Of a DNA stretch of 64,000 bases, positions 24,940 through 36,111 are shown piece by piece. The notes below the pieces were generated by a model. The model worked only from the letters and a program-made list of their open reading frames with translations. It was not told the origin of the DNA and did not search any database. The translations under genes were made by a program, and so were the position numbers. Source of the stretch: Eukaryota sp. TZLM1-RC (Eukaryota; Protista; Metamonada: BaSk clade); assembly GCA_040285825.1 (NCBI GenBank), contig JAUPSS010000007.1, positions 3,012,689 through 3,076,688 on the forward strand, given 5' to 3'. How positions within the stretch are numbered: position 1 is the stretch's first letter; each line of letters starts with the position of its first letter.

Positions 24940-25665
24940 CTATTTTTTTATTTGGTTTTTAATTTATTACTTTCAAATCACTAAGTACAAAAATTAAAAT
25001 TTTAAATTTTCATATCCCAAATCAGCCAACAAAGATTGACTGGAAGTTTTTCCTTCATAAAAGCGACCAAAAGATAATAAAGCAGAAGACAATAACGAGA
25101 CAACAATTTTTAAAAATTGAAAATACAATTCTGTTCTACCAAAATGTTTTGTCAAAAATTTTTCCTGTACGTTGTTCTACAATTTCAACAAAATCATCCA
25201 CAAAGAGATAAAGCAAGTGGTTTTAAGCGTACCAGGTAAGGAAAAACCAAATGGGCAAAGGACATAATGTGTGTGAGATTCATCATTCAAGGAAACCAAC
25301 TTTGCTTTATATTTATCAATTTTACAATTTTCGGCAACAGACGGCAGATTCTTGTTGTTTGACTGAGCTAATGGTATGAAAGATTTATTACACACATCAG
25401 TTGATCTTCATCATCAGTAATGATGGTTGGGTCTTCAAGTACTTCAAGCATTAAATCACCTCTATTGCGATCAACAGAATTCAAAGTATCTTCATCAACC
25501 AAACGAGGAAGTTAAGGTTTTAAATAGGAAACAATTCTGTGTGAATTAGACATACAATAGAGCTGGTCTCTAACCTGCATCATCGACTGATGATCGAAAA
25601 GTAATAAAATGTTTACAATTAAACAAATGATTTGGAGAAATTCTTGTTCCACATTTGCAAATCAA
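24940..25665 (-). mobile_element. Non-LTR family G, degenerate 3' fragment
   Basis: CKCG..HLFNC, RGDL, KIDKY; frameshifted. Confidence 0.8.
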
Positions 25666-28600
25666 TTTCTTTTAAATTTTTAATTTATTACTTTCAACAA
25701 ACTAAATACAAAAATTGAAATTCTAAATCTTCTTATCCCAAATCAGTCAACAAAAAATGACTGGAAGTTGTTCCTTTATGAAAGCGACCAAGAGATAATA
25801 AAGCAATAGACAATAACGATGCAACACCTTTGAAAATTGAAAATGAAATTCTGTTCTGCCAAAACGTTTTGTCAAAAATTCTTCCTGTACGTTGTTCTAC
25901 AATCTCAACAAAATCATCAAAAAAAATAAAGCAAGTGGTCCAAGCGTACCATGAAAGAAAAAAAGCAAATGGACAAAGGACATAATGAGTGTGAGATTCA
26001 TCATTCAAGGAAACCAACTTTGCTTCATATTTGTCAATCAAATATATATTTGTATTTCAAAGGCACTTTTAGCTATTGGTGTAGAATATGAACGTAATGC
26101 TGTGAGTAGGTTCAGTAATAGTGACGCTTGTTTGGAGGATATTGAATTCTAGATGGGTTTTTTTATCTCAATAATTATTCCAGTTTTAAAAATTTTTTTT
26201 GTTTGCATAAATTTATTTTCAACGCTAACAAAACATTAAACAAAAAACTAGAACTCAATATCCTCAATACACGCATCAACATCATCAAATCTTTTTAAGC
26301 GCGCGATTTTCATACTCTATTCCTAATTGTAACAGTGCTTTTAGTCAACATTTCTGGAAATGCTTTAAGAATACTGAAAACAATTCTATTGTGCCAGAAA
26401 TTGAAGTTCAATTCTTTTCCTGCTCTTTCTTTTTATTAAACTTCTGAAACCTTCAAGAAATTTAATGCCAGATATTCCAATGTTACCAAAAAGAGAAACA
26501 GCAAATGGAACCAACTGATACTTAACATGCTCAACACGTCCTAGCTGAGATAAGGGTTCATTGTACTTTTTGATTTTGCTCTTTTCAGCAAAAGCAAAGT
26601 GGAGTTTCATCTCTTTTTAGCAAAGTCAATTGCTGAGTCTTTACAAACATCAACAGTGACAACATCAACAACTTTAATAACACCATCAGACGCAGGGGTA
26701 ATTAAATCAGCACGGCGCTTCCCAAAAGTATTTTCATTTTCATTTTCAGATGACAACCTTCGCACAAGTGGTTCAACAAAAGCTTCAATGTGATGGCTTT
26801 TTGCACATAACGTATAGTTGGTCTCTAACAGCATCGTGAACAACTGAGCGATATGTAATATTAAATTTGCAATTAAATAAATGATTCAGATTAATGAGCT
26901 GACCACAACGACAAATCAAATCATTTGGCACACTACATGGCCACAGGAAACACCTCATCCTGAAGGCAGTTGTCCATTGATGATCATTTAATAATAGACC
27001 ATATACATTTGGAATCTGGGAAATAAAATCTGGGTTTTAAAAATAAAAATAACATCTTGTTTAAAAAAAATTTGTCAATTTTACAATTTTCGGCAGCAGA
27101 CAGTGGATTCTTCTTCTTTGACTGAGCTAATGGTATAAAAGAATTATTACACACATCAGTTGATCTTACATCAGCTATGATAGTGATGCCTTCAAGAATT
27201 TTAAGCATTCAATCACCTCTATTGCGACCAAAAGAATTCAAAATATTTTCATCAACCAAACGAGGAAGTTAAGGTTTTAAATAGGAAACAATTCTGTGTG
27301 AATTAGACATACAATAGAGCTGGTCTCTAACCTGCATCATCGACTGATGATCGAAAAGTAATAAAATGTTTACAATTAAACAAATGATTTGGAGAAATTC
27401 TTGTTCCACATTTGCAAATCAATTTCTTTTAAATTTTTAATTTATTACTTTCAACAAACTAAATACAAAAATTGAAATTCTAAATCTTCTTATCCCAAAT
27501 CAGTCAACAAAAAATGACTGGAAGTTGTTCCTTTATGAAAGCGACCAAGAGATAATAAAGCAATAGACAATAACGATGCAACACCTTTGAAAATTGAAAA
27601 TGAAATTCTGTTCTGCCAAAACGTTTTGTCAAAAATTCTTCCTGTACGTTGTTCTACAATCTCAACAAAATCATCAAAAAAAATAAAGCAAGTGGTCCAA
27701 GCGTACCATGAAAGAAAAAGCAAATGGACAAAGGACATAATGAGTGTGAGATTCATCATTCAAGGAAACCAACTTTGCTTCATATTTGTCAATCAAATAT
27801 ATATTTGTATTTCAAAGGCACTTTTAGCTATTGGTGTAGAATATGAACGTAATGCTGTGAGTAGGTTCAGTAATAGTGACGCTTGTTTGGAGGATATTGA
27901 ATTCTAGATGGGTTTTTTTATCTCAATAATTATTCCAGTTTTAAAAATTTTTTTTTGTTTGCATAAATTTATTTTCAACGCTAACAAAACATTAAACAAA
28001 AAACTAGAACTCAATATCCTCAATACACGCATCAACATCATCAAATCTTTTAAGCGCGCGATTTTCATACTCTATTCCTAATTGTAACAGTGCTTTAGTC
28101 AACATTTCTGGAAATGCTTTAAGAATACTGAAAACAATTCTATTGTGCCAGAAATTGAAGTTCAATTCTTTTCCTGCTCTTTCTTTTATTAAACTTCTGA
28201 AACCTTCAAGAAATTTAATGCCAGATATTCCAATGTTACCAAAAAGAGAAACAGCAAATGGAACCAACTGATACTTAACATGCTCAACACGTCCTAGCTG
28301 AGATAAGGGTTCATTGTACTTTTTGATTTTTGCTCTTTTCAGCAAAGCAAAGTGGAGTTTCATCTCTTTTAGCAAAGTCAATTGCTGAGTCTTTACAAAC
28401 ATCAACAGTGACAACATCAACAACTTTAATAACACCATCAGACGCAGGGGTAATTAAATCAGCACGGCGCTTCCCAAAAGTATTTTCATTTTCATTTTCA
28501 GATGACAACCTTCGCACAAGTGGTTCAACAAAAGCTTCAATGTGATGGCTTTTTGCACATAACGTATAGTTGGTCTCTAACAGCATCGTGAACAACTGAG

Positions 28601-31293
28601 CGATATGTAATATTAAATTTGCAATTAAATAAATGATTCAGATTAATGAGCTGACCACAACGACAAATCAAATCATTTGGCACACTACATGGCCACAGGA
28701 AACACCTCATCCTGAAGGCAGTTGTCCATTGATGATCATTTAATAATAGACCATATACATTTGGAATCTGGGAAATAAAATCTGGGTTTTAAAAATAAAA
28801 ATAACATCTTGTTTAAAAAAAATTTGTCAATTTTACAATTTTCGGCAGCAGACAGTGGATTCTTCTTCTTTGACTGAGCTAATGGTATAAAAGAATTATT
28901 ACACACATCAGTTGATCTTACATCAGCTATGATAGTGATGCCTTCAAGAATTTTAAGCATTCAATCACCTCTATTGCGACCAAAAGAATTCAAAATATTT
29001 TCATCAACCAAACGAGGAAGTTAAGGTTTTAATTAGAAAACAATTCTGTGTGAATTAGACATACAATAGAGCTGGTCTCTAACCTGCATCATCGACTGAT
29101 GATCGAAAAGTAATAAAATGTTTACAATTAAACAAATGATTTGGAGAAATTCTTGTTCCACATTTGCAAATCAATTTCTTTTAAATTTTTAATTTATTAC
29201 TTTCAACAAACTAAATACAAAAATTGAAATTCTAAATCTTCTTATCCCAAATCAGTCAACAAAAAATGACTGGAAGTTGTTCCTTTATGAAAGCGACCAA
29301 GAGATAATAAAGCAATAGACAATAACGATGCAACACCTTTGAAAATTGAAAATGAAATTCTGTTCTGCCAAAACGTTTTGTCAAAAATTCTTCCTGTACG
29401 TTGTTCTACAATCTCAACAAAATCATCAAAAAAATAAAGCAAGTGGTCCAAGCGTACCATGAAAGAAAAAGCAAATGGACAAAGGACATAATGAGTGTGA
29501 GATTCATCATTCAAGGAAACCAACTTTGCTTCATATTTGTCAATCAAATATATATTTGTATTTCAAAGGCACTTTTAGCTATTGGTGTAGAATATGAACG
29601 TAATGCTGTGAGTAGGTTCAGTAATAGTGACGCTTGTTTGGAGGATATTGAATTCTAGATGGGTTTTTTTATCTCAATAATTATTCCAGTTTTAAAAATT
29701 TTTTTTTGTTTGCATAAATTTATTTTCAACGCTAACAAAACATTAAACAAAAAACTAGAACTCAATATCCTCAATACACGCATCAACATCATCAAATCTT
29801 TTAAGCGCGCGATTTTCATACTCTATTCCTAATTGTAACAGTGCTTTAGTCAACATTTCTGGAAATGCTTTAAGAATACTGAAAACAATTCTATTGTGCC
29901 AGAAATTGAAGTTCAATTCTTTTCCTGCTCTTTCTTTTATTAAACTTCTGAAACCTTCAAGAAATTTAATGCCAGATATTCCAATGTTACCAAAAAGAGA
30001 AACAGCAAATGGAACCAACTGATACTTAACATGCTCAACACGTCCTAGCTGAGATAAGGGTTCATTGTACTTTTTGATTTTGCTCTTTTCAGCAAAGCAA
30101 AGTGGAGTTTCATCTCTTTTAGCAAAGTCAATTGCTGAGTCTTTACAAACATCAACAGTGACAACATCAACAACTTTAATAACACCATCAGACGCAGGGG
30201 TAATTAAATCAGCACGGCGCTTCCCAAAAGTATTTTCATTTTCATTTTCAGATGACAACCTTCGCACAAGTGGTTCAACAAAAGCTTCAATGTGATGGCT
30301 TTTGCACATAACGTATAGTTGGTCTCTAACAGCATCGTGAACAACTGAGCGATATGTAATATTAAATTTGCAATTAAATAAATGATTCAGATTAATGAGC
30401 TGACCACAACGACAAATCAAATCATTTGGCACACTACATGGCCACAGGAAACACCTCATCCTGAAGGCAGTTGTCCATTGATGATCATTTAATAATAGAC
30501 CATATACATTTGGAATCTGGGAAATAAAATCTGGGTTTTAAAAATAAAAATAACATCTTGTTTAAAAAAAATTTGTCAATTTTACAATTTTCGGCAGCAG
30601 ACAGTGGATTCTTCTTCTTTGACTGAGCTAATGGTATAAAAGAATTATTACACACATCAGTTGATCTTACATCAGCTATGATAGTGATGCCTTCAAGAAT
30701 TTTAAGCATTCAATCACCTCTATTGCGACCAAAAGAATTCAAAATATTTTCATCAACCAAACGAGGAAGTTAAGGTTTTAATTAGAAAACAATTCTGTGT
30801 GAATTAGACATACAATTGAGCTGATCTCTAACCTGCATCATCGACTGATGATCGAAAAGTAATAAAATGTTTACAATTAAACAAATGATTTGGAGAAATT
30901 CTTGTTCCACATTTGCAAATCAATTTCTTTTAAATTTTTAATTTATTACTTTCAACAAACTAAATACAAAAATTGAAATTCTAAATCTTCTTATCCCAAA
31001 TCAGTCAACAAAAAATGACTGGAAGTTGTTCCTTTATGAAAGCGACCAAGAGATAATAAAGCAATAGACAATAACGATGCAACACCTTTGAAAAATGAAA
31101 ATGAAATTCTGTTCTGCCAAAACGTTTTGTCAAAAATTCTTCCTGTACGTTGTTCTACAATCTCAACAAAATCATCAAAAAAAATAAAGCAAGTGGTCCA
31201 AGCGTACCATGAAAGAAAAAGCAAATGGACAAAGGACATAATGAGTGTGAGATTCATCATTCAAGGAAACCAACTTTGCTTCATATTTGTCAA
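25490..31293. repeat. ~1.75-kb tandem repeat, ~3.3 units, each G(-) containing E(+) containing D(-)
   Basis: Identical ORFs at 26984/28736/30485; matching ORF ends at 25733/27490/29242/30991 (period 1749-1757). Confidence 0.93.
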
Positions 31294-31679
31294 TTTTACA
31301 ATTTTCGGCAACAGACAGTGGATTCTTCTTCTTTGACTGAGCTAATGGTATAAAAGAATTATTACACACATCAGTTGATCTTACATCAGCTATGATAGTG
31401 ATTCCTTCAAGAATTTTAAGCATTCAATCACCTCTATTGCGACCAAAAGAATTCAAAATATTTTCATCAACCAAACAAGGAAGTTAAGGTTTTAATTAGA
31501 AAACAATTCTGTGTGAATTAGACATACAATAGAGCTGATCTCTAACCTGCATCATAGACTTTTGATCGAAAAGTAATAAAATGTTTACAATTAAACAAAT
31601 GATTTGGAGAAATTTTTGTTCCACATTTGCAAACCAATTTCTTTTAAATTTTTCAATTTATTAGTTTCAACAAAATCTA

Positions 31680-32542
31680 AATATTTATTGGATTTGCACA
31701 CTTAATTAAATTAACTCATAACTAATGGAACGACTATCATTGAACCAAGATTTTCTCTACAAAATCTTGATCTGCTTGCTGTCTAGCTAAAGCTTCTCCT
31801 ATTCGATTGAAAAACCGTGGTAATCTATTAATAATGGCAAATTGAATCCGTGAACGCCATAAAAATATATCAAATCTTTTCATTGTTTTTTCTTGGACCA
31901 TTTTTTGGAAGTCATTCAAAAAAGTTTCTGCTTCAACTGATAATCTTCCATTTATCGGAAATGGGAAAGCAATAAAAACCAGCTCTGTATTTCTATCGAC
32001 ATTAGCCTCTTCAATATCTTTATCATATTTTCTATGTTTCTCTTTTGCTTTAAAATCCAGAGCAGCCACAGGATTAAGTTTTCTTTTGTGAACCAAAGTA
32101 TCATTTGCAACATTACATGAGACAAAGTCAACAATAGCTTCAGAATTATCAATCCAATCACAGTATACATCACCTCTATCATCAGAACCAAAATTATTCA
32201 GAGAAAGTGTTTCCTTCAGCAGGGGCTCTTTGATACACGATATCCTTGCAGTTTGTGCCATATTGAAAACAGTGTCTCTAACAGCATCATGTTATGAAGA
32301 ACGATAAGTTATCAATTCAGAGCAATTCAGAGCATGGCGCAAAATGAGTTGAGGTGAATTCGAACAAATAGATTTTTCTTTTGATAATAATTGATTAATG
32401 GGGATGTTCAAATATAATCTCATTTTTGTTACAAATGCTTCATTAGTGGCACACAATCCAAATCTTCGTGGTACAATGGTTACAAAAAGTGAAGAATCTG
32501 ACGACTTGTTGTCACAAACACCCTTTTCCAATAACAATGAGT
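31680..32542 (-). mobile_element. Family F 3' fragment
   Basis: ORFs 31737-32261 and 32292-32537. Confidence 0.9.
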
Positions 32543-32552
32543 TTCCTCATAA

Positions 32553-32700
32553 TGTTAGTCTTGAATAGTATTTATAGTTTAATTGTATAGTTTATTAGTA
32601 TTCCGCCTATTAGTTTAAGCAGAGAGAATACAATTCCTCTTCGTAATAAATTTCATTACTTTTACTCTGTATGTCTGACACTAACTCGCCTAGACCATCA
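32553..32700 (+). repeat. 5' LTR
   Basis: TGTTAG...CCATCA; 3 mismatches to 39783-39930; contains TATA-like and AATAAA motifs. Confidence 0.93.
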
Positions 32701-35700
32701 ATACGTACTGGGTCGTTAATGGCTCAACGCAGGATCCATGAGGAAGAAACTGGTCCCTCTTCCTCACCACTAACCACAGACCCCGCTCCCGTGCCCCCTT
32801 CTTCAGTAGAAGCTTCTGCCCTTCCTGAAGCCACTCTTCCTGAGGGTGCTACCCCAAAGGAAGACGTTTCCCTTCCTGAGGATTCCGCTCCAATGGAAGG
32901 AAGTTCCTCTCCTCAAGATTCCGCTCCTGTAGAAGAAGACAACCCTTCTAAGGATTCTATTCCTTCAGAAGGAAGAAGCCTTTCGTTAGTCTCCTACGAC
33001 TACGAAGATGCTGAGGATTCCGAAGCTCCTCACTCTTCTTCTTCACTCAGGGTATCAGAAGTCCCATCTTCTCCCCACCCTCAAAGAAGCTCTGAAATTC
33101 CACCTTCACCTTCTATTCAAAGAAGAGAGACGGTCAAACCTTATCAAAATACTACAGAAGGATCTGGAGTCCAAACTCCTCTCTCTCGACAGGACACTGA
33201 AGTTCCAACTTCATTTCCTAGACCTATGTCTGAGGTTCCACCCTTCCATCAACTTCCTTCAGTTCCAACTGTAAGGAGAATCAGTCAAAATCCTGCCGTT
33301 CCAACTTCAGGATCTTCTCTAACTTCAACAGTAAGTGGAGTTAATAATTTGTCTGTTTCCCCTGTCCAGGCTAGTGATTCCATTCCTAGCACTTCGAACC
33401 TTCCTTCGTATCTTTCTGAAGAGCAAAGGAAAAGGTACGAACAAATCTTTTCAAATTTGGTAGAGTACGAGGAACCTTCCAAGGAATTCTCCCCTTTACC
33501 TCAACAGCAGGTCCCTCCTACGGCACCTCCATCTGAAATTGACAGAATTTCTGGTGAGGTCTCTAATAAATATTTAGAGCGTTTTCTTCAAGGAGAACGT
33601 AACTGGGAACACACAAAAAGACTGGACAGAGAGATTGAAGCTAGAAGAGAAACATCCTCTACACCTGCTCAACCTACCCCTTCTCAAGCTAGCTCCAACG
33701 CTAGCTCAAGTGTTCATCGTGGTGCTTCCCATCAGCACAATCCTTATGCCCGTTATAGGGATGCTCGAGTAATTCCAGAAGACCCCGAAGCCATCCCTCC
33801 TACGGAGATGAGCAATGGGCGTCCTCCTTTCTTCGGTCCTAGAGTCGAAAATGACCTAGGATTATGGATCACTCCAAGGATTGGTCCATATCTCTCCGAC
33901 GAAAGAATTACCCCAGAGAACACGAGACACGATCCTGAACCCACTCACGACCCCAGACCCGGAGTTAGGTTCATGAGAACTACTCGGGAAGGAGTATTCA
34001 GACGCTTCGCTGGAGACGAAGACAACCTTTTCATTAACGTCTACAATCCTTGCCCCTACCCTAGGTTCAGCCCTGGGTACAACGCATTTCTTGATATCCT
34101 TATCGACAGAGATTTTAGAACAGGGTGGTGGTTTACCGAAACCACATATGGTGAAAGACTCTTCTTTTACGACAGACGTCCTGACCATATAGCTTCATAT
34201 TGTGATCCTGACCACAGAAGATCAGGTAATCTTCAAAGAGCTCTCCAGCTCGTCACTGTTTTCCCTGGATGTATAGAATCCAGGATGTTAAAATGGGTCA
34301 TGGTAGAAGGTCGTATAGAGAAAACACGCTTAGTTCAACCAGCGATCTCTTCTTACCAGGTTCCAGCCCAGATTGAAGAGACAGAACCTTCTCCTGAACC
34401 TCACCAAAGTGAAGTTCCACCCTCCGCAGAAAAACCTATGGAAATTTCTACAGAACCCTTAACACAACCCTCGCATAATCCTCCCATGGAACAAACTGAA
34501 GAGGATGTTGTAGTAGAAGTCAGTGATGAGTCCCCAACTCCAGACTCAATTCCAACTGTGCTAGCACCAATGGAACAAACTCCAGCACCTACACAGCCTA
34601 TGGAACAATCAGTGGTTCCACCCACACCTCCTTCCACTGGTTCAATAAGTTCACAACATGCGGCTCAACCAACACCTTCCACGGTTAGTTCTTCCCGTTC
34701 TACTTTCTCAGGTACTTACGATAGTAACCTTCTCCTATCTTCCATGGTGGGATCAAGAGATAGGGACAATAGACGCAAAGACCGCCCCAAACGTCCAACT
34801 CTCGACGCGACTGATTTAAGAGACGTTGATAAACTCCTCAAATTTGTTAACAAGTTTATCCTCTGGAGTCGCACGGATAGAAATGTAGACGAGGCTCGAG
34901 GCAACATTGAGGATCCTGCCCAAGTTGCCTTGGCCAGCGAAGTTGCTAGACTTCGCGAAGAACTTGAACTAGCTAGATCAGCAGAACTGGCATCTGATCA
35001 ACGGTTCGACAGTGAACCAATTCATGAATGGGATCTCTTCAGATCTGCCATGCGCATTAGTCCCAGAAACTTAGCTGAATGCGTTACACCTGAAGCTCTC
35101 AACGCGTTAAGGTATCAAGGCACTGGCCTTTCAATTTCCTCTGCCATGGTTCCAACCAGCAGAGACGAACGCAACATTTGGGAACAGATCCTAAGGAGAA
35201 CCCAATTCAGTAGATTGGATCAAGCCCTGGATGTCCTTCATGCTGTACACATGGATTGGTCTGAGAGAGATTATGGTAACAGATGGATAGACTTCATGCT
35301 TAACATAGGCAGAGTCTTAACGTGTTCCACCGCTATCCAAGACGTTCGTGGCCTGACTCAACAAATGAGACACATCACCATCCACGGAAACCCCGTCGAC
35401 CGACTTCCTGAATGGGAAATTGCTTCTCACGTCATTGAAAGCATCGGTATTACCATCATCAGGGACAGACACCTCAGGATCTGGTCCAATCCCTTTCATT
35501 ACTACTCAGATGGCCACACCCTAGGAGAATTTTTCAGTGTTCTTCAAATAGAATACGAAAACTTTTGTAATGCTAGATCGTTTAAGGAGCAGATTAACCA
35601 CGTGGACTTCCTGTATCAAAATAGAATCTCGTTCCAGACTGAGAACCGTCGCAGACAGACGGTACCTTCTCCCCCTGCTATCCCCAAACCAAAAGGTTCC

Positions 35701-36111
35701 AGCTCTGGCAGGCGCCCAAAACAACAACGGCGAGAAGGAAGCTCTACTCAACCGTCTTCCACTCAGTTTGATTCCAACGTCCAATGAAATTTCTGTAAAC
35801 AAATGGGTCATCCGACTGAAAGGTGACCTAGTGAGGACTGCCAAAGAAGCAAAAAGTTGAGAGAGCAACAAGCTCAACAACAAGCTCGAGGCAGAGGTTC
35901 TAGAGGTTCTGGTTTCCGTAGTCGAAGAGGCACTCGCGGCAGAGGCAGAGGCTCTTCATCTTATAATAAACGTTCTCGTCACTATTTACGTAGTTTTGAA
36001 ACCATATCCCCTACAACTACAACACATTCCCACACAGAAAACACAACATGGAAAGATTCCCTAATCAATCATTTGGCCAACTTGGAACATGCCAAGACGC
36101 ACAACATTTAA
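32671..36111 (+). CDS. gag: Gag-like protein; open to UGA 35785 and continues in frame through a zinc knuckle (second UGA 35824) and an RG-rich tail to TAA 36109
   Basis: 32671, 35857 and 36160 share one frame; */N/F/C/K/Q/M/G/H/P/T/E/R/* fits CX2CX4HX4C. Confidence 0.7.

Noticed and set aside
32720-32737. TGGCTCAACGCAGG as a tRNA PBS
   Set aside because: 19 nt from the LTR, and its complement does not fit T-stem/acceptor spacing
35570-35860. Alternative-frame ORFs (35570-35860, 13752-14246) as frameshift continuation of gag
   Set aside because: The zinc knuckle, RG tail and protease all lie in the gag frame; these ORFs differ between copies and have no motifs
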